In this document: positions 1 to 6,577 of the stretch, piece after piece
Position numbering within the stretch: the stretch's first letter is position 1
Layout: each line of letters begins with the position of its first letter
Origin: a virus
Strand: one strand, 5' to 3'
DNA length: 64,000 nucleotides
Virus record (IMG/VR): IMGVR_UViG_3300049893_001984
Coordinates: 1 to 64,000 of that record
The notes under the pieces: model-generated
What the model was told of the DNA's origin: nothing
The model's input: the letters and a program-made list of their open reading frames with translations, nothing else
Database searches by the model: none
Translations under genes and position numbers: made by a program

Positions 1-147
1 GTCTAAAACAGTCAGCACAGCGGTTGGCAAATTGTCATCCGCTTTAATTGTGACATCGACACGAGTGATATGGTCGATTGGCTTGCCTGTATCAACGTCT
101 ATCACGCTAACGTTGCTACCACTGCCTTTGATGTGCACTTTAGCCAT
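1..147 (-). CDS. hypothetical protein, 3' end outside window
   Basis: ATG at 147 preceded by AAAGGA; open frame MAKVHIKGSGSNVSVIDVDTGKPIDHITRVDVTIKADDNLPTAVLTVLD runs to the window edge. Confidence 0.7.
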   Translation of the reverse strand, partial: MAKVHIKGSGSNVSVIDVDTGKPIDHITRVDVTIKADDNLPTAVLTVLD

Positions 148-357
148 GAGCTTATCCTTTCCGGAGTAACACCTTTAAGGCACAAAGACCATTTGCCGGT
201 CTTTCCCGGCTGTCAGCTTATCCCCCGCAGGATGTATCGGTAACAAGCTGCTGCGGATTCGGGTGATGTTCCCAGTGTGTGACAGCACTGCCGACTCCCC
301 TCGGTCGCCTCTCACAGCTTGGCAATACCTCTATAGTCGGTAAACCTTATGTATGTA

Positions 358-450
358 GGGGGCTGGTGTTGGAGTTGAGGGTGCGGGAATCGGACCCGCC
401 TTTGACACCAGTCTCCCTCGACGGGCGCTCCAATCGCCCCACCAGCCCCC
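358..450 (-). ncRNA. candidate structured RNA with tRNA-like arms (not a canonical tRNA)
   Basis: Intergenic; 11-bp closing stem GGGGGCTGGTG/CACCAGCCCCC, D-like hairpin GGGCG-ATTGGAG-CGCCC, T-like hairpin GCGGG-TCCGATT-CCCGC. Confidence 0.35.
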
Positions 451-459
451 TGTTATGCC

Positions 460-744
460 TCAGGCTGACTTTGCCAGCGAATCATTGTCTTCATCAATGT
501 AAATGCCAGCTTCGCACAGCGTTCTCACCTGGCTTTCGGTTATTACTGCAGCCAGGTCTTCCAGGTCGACATCCAGCCAAATCTGGTCATGCTCTGCACA
601 GGCTATGATGTTATTCGTCCCAGGTACAAGCGCGTCCAACAGTGTGAACGCTGCCAAGTCCTTGCGCTGCGGCTTACCTGTGTTGGGGCTGCTCCGCTCC
701 ATGCCAAACTTCTGAAACAACGCCTTCATCTCATCGACTGTCAC
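460..744 (-). CDS. hypothetical protein (94 aa)
   Basis: GTG start with AAGGAGG upstream; protein-like composition. Confidence 0.8.
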   Translation of the reverse strand: MTVDEMKALFQKFGMERSSPNTGKPQRKDLAAFTLLDALVPGTNNIIACAEHDQIWLDVDLEDLAAVITESQVRTLCEAGIYIDEDNDSLAKSA

Positions 745-757
745 TCGTGGCGCCTCC

Positions 758-1117
758 TTATAATATGTGTAAGTGTAGGATTTTCATACACTTACAATCG
801 CCATACAAAAAGATGGCAAATTTTGCCCACCTGACCCTCAAAGTGCCTGGGGTCGCAACCTGGGGCGCCAGCGTGTGCTCTCTCTCGCTCAATCGCCCCC
901 AGGTTCTCACCCACACCGCAAACATCTGCACCCGTTGAGACACCAGCTCCTGCCCAGCTTCCCGCCAGCTCCTGCTCAGCTCCTGCCCAGCTTCCCGCCA
1001 GCTCCTGCTCAGCTCCTGCCCAGCTTCCCGCCAGCTCCTGCTCAGCTCCTGCCCAGCTTCCCGCCAGCTCCTGCTCAGCTCCTGCCCAGCTTCCCGCCAG
1101 CTATCTGCCCAGGTCAT
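758..1117 (-). CDS. doubtful ORF carrying SWREAGQELSR repeats
   Basis: Open frame through the 33-bp repeat; weak RBS; C-terminal part not protein-like. Confidence 0.25.
   Translation of the reverse strand: MTWADSWREAGQELSRSWREAGQELSRSWREAGQELSRSWREAGQELSRSWREAGQELVSQRVQMFAVWVRTWGRLSEREHTLAPQVATPGTLRVRWAKFAIFLYGDCKCMKILHLHIL
944..1102. repeat. tandem repeat, 33-bp unit (about 4.8 copies) built of three 11-bp subunits
   Basis: Unit CAGCTCCTGCC-CAGCTTCCCGC-CAGCTCCTGCT read directly from sequence. Confidence 0.95.
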
Positions 1118-1133
1118 CCCTGTGATACATCCG

Positions 1134-1448
1134 CTAACGCCCAGCCTCTGTATGTATCAGTGGCTCCTTGCCCTCGCCCCTATCCTCGAACACTGGCTTG
1201 TTTCTACCTATGAAAGCCTGCAGCTCTTCCTCTGTCGTAAGCACAGGCTCACCCACTTGAAACTGGGTATTGTCTTCCTGTCCTTGGGCCAGTCTGTATG
1301 CAAAGACCTTACGGTTACAGGCCTTATCCAGAGCCACAGCTATGGCTCTATCCTCGTCATCCGCCCTGACCAGGACCTCGCTCTCCCATATGATCTCCTG
1401 CACCATCTTCACCTTTATCTTGTAGTTTTGCACTGTGTGCTCCCCCAT
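1134..1448 (-). CDS. hypothetical protein
   Basis: 104-aa ORF; real start may be the GTG a few codons in, behind GGGGGAG. Confidence 0.75.
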   Translation of the reverse strand: MGEHTVQNYKIKVKMVQEIIWESEVLVRADDEDRAIAVALDKACNRKVFAYRLAQGQEDNTQFQVGEPVLTTEEELQAFIGRNKPVFEDRGEGKEPLIHTEAGR

Positions 1449-1470
1449 CTGTGACGCCCAAGTTTGAGCT

Positions 1471-1495
1471 GTTTTCTTTCTTTTAGATATCAGCT
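1471..1495 (+). repeat. inverted degenerate copy of the early-region hairpin repeat arm
   Basis: Reverse complement AGCTGATATCTAAAAGAAAGAAAAC resembles AACTGATAGCAAAAGAAAAC. Confidence 0.6.
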
Positions 1496-1525
1496 AGCTG
1501 TCCATCTCAGGTAATCCTCCAAATT

Positions 1526-1570
1526 AACTGATAGCAAAAGAAAAAGCACAAGCGCATATAGGCCTGTGCT
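1526..1570 (-). terminator. conserved hairpin repeat copy 1 (degenerate)
   Basis: AACTGATAGCAAAAGAAAAAGCAC...TGTGCT on + strand. Confidence 0.55.
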
Positions 1571-1645
1571 GACAGGGGCTACAGGTAACTACCCATAGCC
1601 CAGGTTAATGCCACGCTTAATATGCATGGCTAACATTTGCTAACT

Positions 1646-1694
1646 AACTGACAGCAAAAGAAAACGCACACGGACGTGTGTGCATTTTCTTTTG
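1646..1694 (-). terminator. conserved hairpin repeat copy 2, intrinsic terminator-like
   Basis: AACTGACAGCAAAAGAAAACGCACAC-ggacgt-GTGTGCATTTTCTTTTG; 10 nt after the stop at 1705. Confidence 0.8.
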
Positions 1695-1704
1695 AAAGCC
1701 AGCG

Positions 1705-2223
1705 CTACTTCGCGCTGGCCTTCTTATTGGCCTCCGCCCAGGCGGAAGCGAGTTGCGCCTTGTACTGGCGAGGGCACAACGTGAAGACCTCAGCCCGCTC
1801 CTCCTCGGTCAAGGACAACAACACCTCGCCGACCTCTTTCGAAACTTTGGAGCCGCGAAGGAGCGATGCCCGGTAACTTCCGCGCACGTCGTGCGCGAAA
1901 TTCACCGCTTCATTCTTGAAGACTTCGATGATTCCCATAACGACCCTGCCCGTCGCCGTGGCGGCGTGCCAGGGGGCAACAACCCCGGCGACAGCCACAG
2001 CCTGCACCTGATCACCCCACCCAGCTTCCGCGCTGGCCTTCTCCGTGAGGGCCTTGCCGATGGCCTCGAGTGAGCGGATCTTCTGCTCCTTCGTCTCGGG
2101 CTCGATCTTGGCGCCGCAGTCGTAGGTGTGCACTTCCACCTTGGGCTCAACCTTGGGCTCAACCTTGGCAGCCCCGACCTTCGCCTTCTTCGCCTTCTCG
2201 TAAATCGTTGCTGAAATGGCCAT
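1705..2223 (-). CDS. hypothetical early protein (about 172 aa, Lys/Ala-rich N-terminus)
   Basis: Start reassigned to ATG 2223 (MAISATIYEK) behind AAAGGGAG; the upstream extension in the ORF track crosses a promoter and low-complexity DNA. Confidence 0.8.
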   Translation of the reverse strand: MAISATIYEKAKKAKVGAAKVEPKVEPKVEVHTYDCGAKIEPETKEQKIRSLEAIGKALTEKASAEAGWGDQVQAVAVAGVVAPWHAATATGRVVMGIIEVFKNEAVNFAHDVRGSYRASLLRGSKVSKEVGEVLLSLTEEERAEVFTLCPRQYKAQLASAWAEANKKASAK

Positions 2224-2321
2224 GGGCCACTCCCTTTCTGTCCCCCATTGGGGACCCTTCTGTTTGCCCCCATCAGAGGGCTTAAAAAGCGGGATCAGCG
2301 GAGTGCTAATCCTCACAACAT

Positions 2322-2351
2322 ATAATAACGCATATATGGCTATATTTAAGG
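2322..2351 (-). promoter_or_regulatory. early-cassette promoter motif P1
   Basis: Minus strand CCTTAAAT-N11-TGCGTTATTAT. Confidence 0.8.
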
Positions 2352-2436
2352 TATAGGGGTACCCCCCCCTATATACGTGGGTATAGGCGTATAGGGGCGT
2401 ATACGTGTATAGGGGGTGTGCGGGGGGTATATAGGT

Positions 2437-2486
2437 AACTGATAGCAAAAGAAAACGCACACGTCTGTATGTGTATGCGCTTTCTT
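2437..2486 (-). terminator. conserved hairpin repeat copy 3
   Basis: AACTGATAGCAAAAGAAAACGCACAC...TGCGCTTTCTT; directly after stop at 2493. Confidence 0.75.
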
Positions 2487-2492
2487 CCCCGG

Positions 2493-2843
2493 CTAGTCGC
2501 CGAGCAGGTCAGCGGGGCTAACTCCCGACGCTACGATTGCCTTTTCAATTTCTTTACGCCCATTAACCTTCATGTACTGGGCGAAGTAGAACAGCGCGGT
2601 TTTCAGCTGTTTGTATCCCTCACCACCGAAGAAGGTGATGCACTGCTGAGCGCCTTCTTCGGACATGTTCGACAACAGGCTGTCCGCCACCTTGCACTTC
2701 ATCTTTTCAATCACCGCCAAAATGGCCTCGACTTTGCGGTCGGAACACCCCTGAGCCTTTAGCAGGAAAACGAGCATATCGGTTTCCATCAGGCTTTCGG
2801 TGATTTGAACTACCGCTTCGACATTTTCACTTACCTGTACCAT
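2493..2843 (-). CDS. hypothetical early protein (about 116 aa)
   Basis: Start reassigned to ATG 2843 (MVQVSENV) behind AAGGAGGA. Confidence 0.8.
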   Translation of the reverse strand: MVQVSENVEAVVQITESLMETDMLVFLLKAQGCSDRKVEAILAVIEKMKCKVADSLLSNMSEEGAQQCITFFGGEGYKQLKTALFYFAQYMKVNGRKEIEKAIVASGVSPADLLGD

Positions 2844-2940
2844 GACATCCTCCTTCTGCCCCCTAAGGGGCCATCCCAGCCCTATCCATCGCCAAGACCT
2901 CAAGGCCTTTAAGTCGATGGATAGGTAACATCATCAAGGG

Positions 2941-2970
2941 ATAATAACGCAAAAAGGAGGGGATTTAAGG
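2941..2970 (-). promoter_or_regulatory. early-cassette promoter motif P2
   Basis: Minus strand CCTTAAAT-N11-TGCGTTATTAT. Confidence 0.8.
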
Positions 2971-3052
2971 TATGCGTATATAGGCATAATGCCCAGGCTA
3001 TACACGTACACATAAGTGTATGGGTGTACATGACTTACACGTAAGCGCACTA

Positions 3053-3100
3053 CCTGATAGCAAAAGAAAACGCCCACGGCTGTGTGGGCGTTTTCTTTTG
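3053..3100 (-). terminator. conserved hairpin repeat copy 4
   Basis: CCTGATAGCAAAAGAAAACGCCCAC-ggctgt-GTGGGCGTTTTCTTTTG; compensatory A-T to C-G change in stem. Confidence 0.8.
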
Positions 3101-3106
3101 AAACCA

Positions 3107-3439
3107 CTACCAAATACCGGCAGTGGTCTTAATCACATAATCCCTGGCGAGCGCCAGGGTTCGATCATCGTACAACAACTCCATCTCTTGACAGGTAAGC
3201 CAACCACTGGATAGCTCCTTAGTGGTTAACTCTTGATACAGGTCGTAACTGATACGGGCCGCTTCCCGCTCCCAATCAGTCCCCGTATTGTCCCAACTTT
3301 CCCCGTCTTTGGGATGACGGGCCAGCCCCAGCCCGTCGTAAGACATTTCCGCAGCCTTTTTGGCTGCTTCCTGGAGGCTTTCCGCCTCGATGAAGTCGTG
3401 CCGGTCCTGGCACGACAGATATACTTCGTAGAGCCGCAT
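3107..3439 (-). CDS. hypothetical early protein (110 aa)
   Basis: ATG with AAGGAG; flanked by promoter P3 and hairpin copy 4. Confidence 0.8.
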   Translation of the reverse strand: MRLYEVYLSCQDRHDFIEAESLQEAAKKAAEMSYDGLGLARHPKDGESWDNTGTDWEREAARISYDLYQELTTKELSSGWLTCQEMELLYDDRTLALARDYVIKTTAGIW

Positions 3440-3529
3440 GATCGATCACTCCTTGTAAACATTCCCAACGCTTTCAACTAGCGACAGCCTCAAGGCTATC
3501 TAACCAATTGAAGTTTATTTCTTCAGGTA

Positions 3530-3560
3530 ATATTAACACCATAAGGACTTATGTTTAAGG
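3530..3560 (-). promoter_or_regulatory. early-cassette promoter motif P3 (variant)
   Basis: Minus strand CCTTAAAC-N12-GGTGTTAATAT. Confidence 0.55.
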
Positions 3561-3634
3561 CATGCCCAGGTTACACACGCACACATAAGTGTATGGGTGT
3601 ACAGGGGTTATGTACGTACATACGCACGTGCATT

Positions 3635-3681
3635 AACTGATAGCAAAAGAAAACGCACAGGTACATATGTGTGCGTTTTCT
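3635..3681 (-). terminator. conserved hairpin repeat copy 5
   Basis: AACTGATAGCAAAAGAAAACGCACA...TGTGCGTTTTCT. Confidence 0.8.
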
Positions 3682-3697
3682 CTGACAACCCCACCCA

Positions 3698-3943
3698 CTA
3701 GGAATTGTGGATGGAGTTGTCAAATGCATCCTCCTCTCTTTCAGCGCAGTATTCGTTCCACTGCGCTATAGCGCGGTGGCATGCCTCCAACTCGTCCTCT
3801 AGGACGAATATCCTGGTGTAATCCTCTTGACTAAGCTCTACTCGTGTTTCGTAGAGCTCTTTTAGCTCTGCCTTAATCTGGGGGCACCTCACCTCCGCCA
3901 CAATTGCTCTTGTTTCAACATCAAGCACATCATTGTGATCCAT
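3698..3943 (-). CDS. hypothetical acidic early protein (81 aa)
   Basis: ATG with AGGAGG; between P4 and hairpin copy 5. Confidence 0.8.
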   Translation of the reverse strand: MDHNDVLDVETRAIVAEVRCPQIKAELKELYETRVELSQEDYTRIFVLEDELEACHRAIAQWNEYCAEREEDAFDNSIHNS

Positions 3944-3997
3944 GTTACTTCCTCCTGTTAGGGTTTCGAATTAGCAGACAGCTAATCCAATCACAGG

Positions 3998-4027
3998 ATG
4001 ATAACGCAGGTGGGTGTGTATTTAAGA
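3998..4027 (-). promoter_or_regulatory. early-cassette promoter motif P4
   Basis: Minus strand TCTTAAAT-N11-TGCGTTATCAT. Confidence 0.75.
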
Positions 4028-4057
4028 TGAGCGTATGCAGGCAGGATTGGTTCCATT

Positions 4058-4106
4058 AACTGATAGCAAAAGAAAACGCACACCTTGATCAGGGGTATAC
4101 GTTTTC
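4058..4106 (-). terminator. conserved hairpin repeat copy 6
   Basis: AACTGATAGCAAAAGAAAACGCACAC...TACGTTTTC. Confidence 0.7.
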
Positions 4107-4203
4107 AACACAAGCACTTTACCTGGCGGGTCAACATATGTCAGCCGGGTATCGGTGCTTGTGTCAGCGTTCCGAGTATTATGTTACCGCCCCCTCGGTG
4201 GGG

Positions 4204-4406
4204 CTATTTGTTCACCATCACCTTCCCCTCACATCTAAGGGCCTGGTTCAATTCAGGAGTAGGCACAATGCCATTCTCCACGTACCATGGGGTGTAGTCT
4301 ATGTGCCGTATTTGTGTATCGGCCGAAGACTTTAACTCCCCATGGGTCTTACAAACTGAGTTTTGTTTGCTCGCCCCCTCAGCTAGGGCTCGAACAACGG
4401 TTCCAT
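4204..4406 (-). pseudogene. frameshifted small early gene (or sequence error)
   Basis: AGGAGG-ATG gives MEPLFEP-stop; a shifted frame continues ALAEGASKQNSVCKTHGELKSSADTQIRHIDYTPWYVENGIVPTPELNQALRCEGKVMVNK-stop; total length is one base short of a multiple of 3. Confidence 0.5.
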
Positions 4407-4493
4407 TTTAATCCTCCTACGGATTGGAACCTCGATCAGCTACAGCGGCAACACTGCCACTACTTTCAGCTGACCGTTAACGACGATCACCCT

Positions 4494-4523
4494 ATTATAA
4501 CGCAGTGGTTCCGTTATTTTAGG
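4494..4523 (-). promoter_or_regulatory. early-cassette promoter motif P5
   Basis: Minus strand CCTAAAAT-N11-TGCGTTATAAT. Confidence 0.8.
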
Positions 4524-4533
4524 GTGACCGCAC

Positions 4534-4800
4534 TTACTCCAACTCCGCCATGACTGCTGTGATCCTTCTCTTTATGTCCATCAGTCTGGCCTCGCCCTCA
4601 CGTAACCGCGCGATGATGTCTTCGGCGGTCCGAACGAGGGCGTTTAGTTCTGCGAAGCTCAACTTGCTAGCGCTGAGCTTCGCCCGCTCAATATCAGCGT
4701 CGTTGGCCTCTGACTCCTTCATGATGGCTTCCATCTCCATCATGATGGCTTCGCCTTGTTTAATCAGGGCGTCGACCTGCTCTTTCCTTCCTACTCCCAT
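4534..4800 (-). CDS. hypothetical coiled-coil protein (88 aa)
   Basis: ATG with AAAGGAGG; heptad-like E/A/M-rich sequence. Confidence 0.8.
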   Translation of the reverse strand: MGVGRKEQVDALIKQGEAIMMEMEAIMKESEANDADIERAKLSASKLSFAELNALVRTAEDIIARLREGEARLMDIKRRITAVMAELE

Positions 4801-4814
4801 CTTGATCCTCCTTT

Positions 4815-4860
4815 AGCTGATAGTAAAAGAAAACGCGCACATGCCTATGTGCGCGTTTTC
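4815..4860 (-). terminator. conserved hairpin repeat copy 7
   Basis: AGCTGATAGTAAAAGAAAACGCGCACAT-gcct-ATGTGCGCGTTTTC. Confidence 0.8.
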
Positions 4861-4888
4861 CATGTGAACGGCAGCTACAGCCCGCCGC

Positions 4889-5209
4889 TTATTCGTAATA
4901 AGTGTACTCCTTAATCGTGAGACCTTCCTTGTCACGGTCGATCGCAACCAGGTGCTTCTTCGCCTCTTCGGCGGACTGGTACACACCAATCCTGTTTCCC
5001 CAGATGTCATAGACCCCGGCCCTCTTTCCTTCTTTCCGTGTGTCGATAAAACTGTGTGCCTCTCCACAGTACAGAATGGAGATCTTTCCGTTCGTAGAAA
5101 TCCACTCCAAGGCCTGAGCCTCGGTTTCAAATGTAAAAAACTCGTCCTGACTCTCATACGTCTCGGTCATCGGGACGTACGCGGAATTCCTTCGAATCAC
5201 CCTGACCAT
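4889..5209 (-). CDS. hypothetical early protein (about 106 aa)
   Basis: Start reassigned to ATG 5209 (MVRVIRRNSAY) behind AAGGAGGTG. Confidence 0.75.
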   Translation of the reverse strand: MVRVIRRNSAYVPMTETYESQDEFFTFETEAQALEWISTNGKISILYCGEAHSFIDTRKEGKRAGVYDIWGNRIGVYQSAEEAKKHLVAIDRDKEGLTIKEYTYYE

Positions 5210-5322
5210 CTCACACCTCCTTGAAACATTTCCTTTTCCCATGGGGGTCACAGACCCCTCGATCCCCTCATAGTCGGGGCAACACCGGGCATGGGGTCCG
5301 GTGCCCTGAATGTTCAATAAAC

Positions 5323-5371
5323 AACTGGTACCAAAAGAAAACGCACACCCTTGTGAGAGTGTGCGCTTTCT
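5323..5371 (-). terminator. conserved hairpin repeat copy 8
   Basis: AACTGGTACCAAAAGAAAACGCACAC...GTGTGCGCTTTCT. Confidence 0.7.
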
Positions 5372-5404
5372 GAGCCTTTTAACGTCATGCTCAGGACGTA
5401 CTTT

Positions 5405-5695
5405 TTATTCTCCGCTGATCTTCGCCTTAAATTTACTCTTGGCGAAGGTCACCAGGTTCTCAGGGATTTGCGCGGCGACCGCCACGCTAAACTGGGGGTG
5501 GTCACCCAGTCTAAAAATGTTTCGGTCGTCGATCCAACCATCCATTGGATCGAGGTTGGCGCGTTTGCACCAACCTTCAAAGCTGTCACGCCGACCATCA
5601 ACGTGATACCCTACGTACATCAATCTTCCCTGATTCATCTTCACATTTCCTCCCACGACTGGGAAGCATTCCAACACCAACAAGAAAACCCACAT
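5405..5695 (-). CDS. hypothetical early protein
   Basis: 96-aa ORF between P6 and hairpin copy 8; start uncertain. Confidence 0.65.
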   Translation of the reverse strand: MWVFLLVLECFPVVGGNVKMNQGRLMYVGYHVDGRRDSFEGWCKRANLDPMDGWIDDRNIFRLGDHPQFSVAVAAQIPENLVTFAKSKFKAKISGE

Positions 5696-5733
5696 GGGTC
5701 CTCAATTGAGGTGATGAAATACTTCATCAACGT

Positions 5734-5763
5734 ATAATAACGCAAAAATGAGGTTATTTTAGG
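5734..5763 (-). promoter_or_regulatory. early-cassette promoter motif P6
   Basis: Minus strand CCTAAAAT-N11-TGCGTTATTAT. Confidence 0.8.
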
Positions 5764-5780
5764 CGCTTCGGGATGGCGGT

Positions 5781-6080
5781 TTAGAAGTCTTTTCGCTGCA
5801 CTTTGGTTCCATCATTCCAGTACAAAGTGGCAGTCTTGGTATTCAGGATGGCTTTTAGGCGGTTAAGGGTACCCTCGTCCATACGGGCGAGGGTACCTTT
5901 TACCCTACTCATTTCTTTAGCTATCAGCTGGCGATCAACAGCCTTGCGGTTGCACTTGCACCCACCCCTGGGAGTGGGCAGGTTAAGGCGCATGTAAGGG
6001 AATATGCGCAGTATATCAGCACGTTTGCTCAGCGTTTGAAGCAGGTCGTCAGTCAATACTATATGCTGCTGTTGAGCCAT
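5781..6080 (-). CDS. small basic hypothetical protein (GGCKCNRK), probable paralogue of 6578-6922
   Basis: 99-aa ORF; similar layout of central Cys/basic motif and C-terminal aromatic strand. Confidence 0.8.
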   Translation of the reverse strand: MAQQQHIVLTDDLLQTLSKRADILRIFPYMRLNLPTPRGGCKCNRKAVDRQLIAKEMSRVKGTLARMDEGTLNRLKAILNTKTATLYWNDGTKVQRKDF

Positions 6081-6121
6081 AGGGCACCTGCTTCAGATAC
6101 AAATCGGTTCCATGTAACTGT

Positions 6122-6556
6122 TTACGGTGTGCAGCTGGTTGAAGACAAGGACTCATTGGTATCACAAGCGCCAAACACCACAACCTCTTGCACCTCAAGG
6201 GTTTCCATCACACCCAAGGTATTAATCAGGGCGTCAACATCTTCCTTGATACACTTCCAAGCATCATCAGCCAAGGTTATGTTCCTGAATATCAGATCAA
6301 TGTGACAACCACGGAACCATACACCCCCAGGATTAGGCGCCCCTACAGGATACTCAGCCATATCAGCAGCACTGGCAACGTTTGTAAACGTATTCACTTC
6401 ACCCTGCGGAAGGATTTGGTTCTGGTAAACAAAGATATTTGGGTCCATGCCGCCACATTGAGCACTTGCATCAACCACCATGCGATAGCCTTGAATACGG
6501 TTGTTATCGTATATAGACATTCCGCTTCGCGTAAGCTGTATAGCCTTGCTTGCCAT
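6122..6556 (-). CDS. hypothetical protein, possibly virion-associated
   Basis: 144-aa ORF co-oriented at the end of the structural operon; Ser/Cys C-terminus. Confidence 0.75.
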   Translation of the reverse strand: MASKAIQLTRSGMSIYDNNRIQGYRMVVDASAQCGGMDPNIFVYQNQILPQGEVNTFTNVASAADMAEYPVGAPNPGGVWFRGCHIDLIFRNITLADDAWKCIKEDVDALINTLGVMETLEVQEVVVFGACDTNESLSSTSCTP

Positions 6557-6577
6557 AATTGGTTCCTCAGTAAGGGC

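Noticed and set aside
358-450. Canonical tRNA gene
   Set aside because: No 5-bp/7-nt anticodon arm, acceptor strands are not adjacent to the T arm, T-loop is TCCGATT; kept only as a tRNA-like candidate.
2224-2460. N-terminal extension of ORF 1705-2460 (also extensions of 2493-2903 and 4889-5317)
   Set aside because: They run through promoter motifs, hairpins and low-complexity spacers; strong RBS sites mark downstream ATGs.
1526-5371. CRISPR array interpretation of the 24-bp repeats
   Set aside because: Spacing is 120-790 bp and irregular, intervals contain promoters and genes, and no cas genes are visible.
1526-5371. Integron attC interpretation of the hairpin repeats
   Set aside because: No paired RYYYAAC/GTTRRRY ends or extrahelical-base pattern; cassettes carry their own promoters; no tyrosine integrase in the window.
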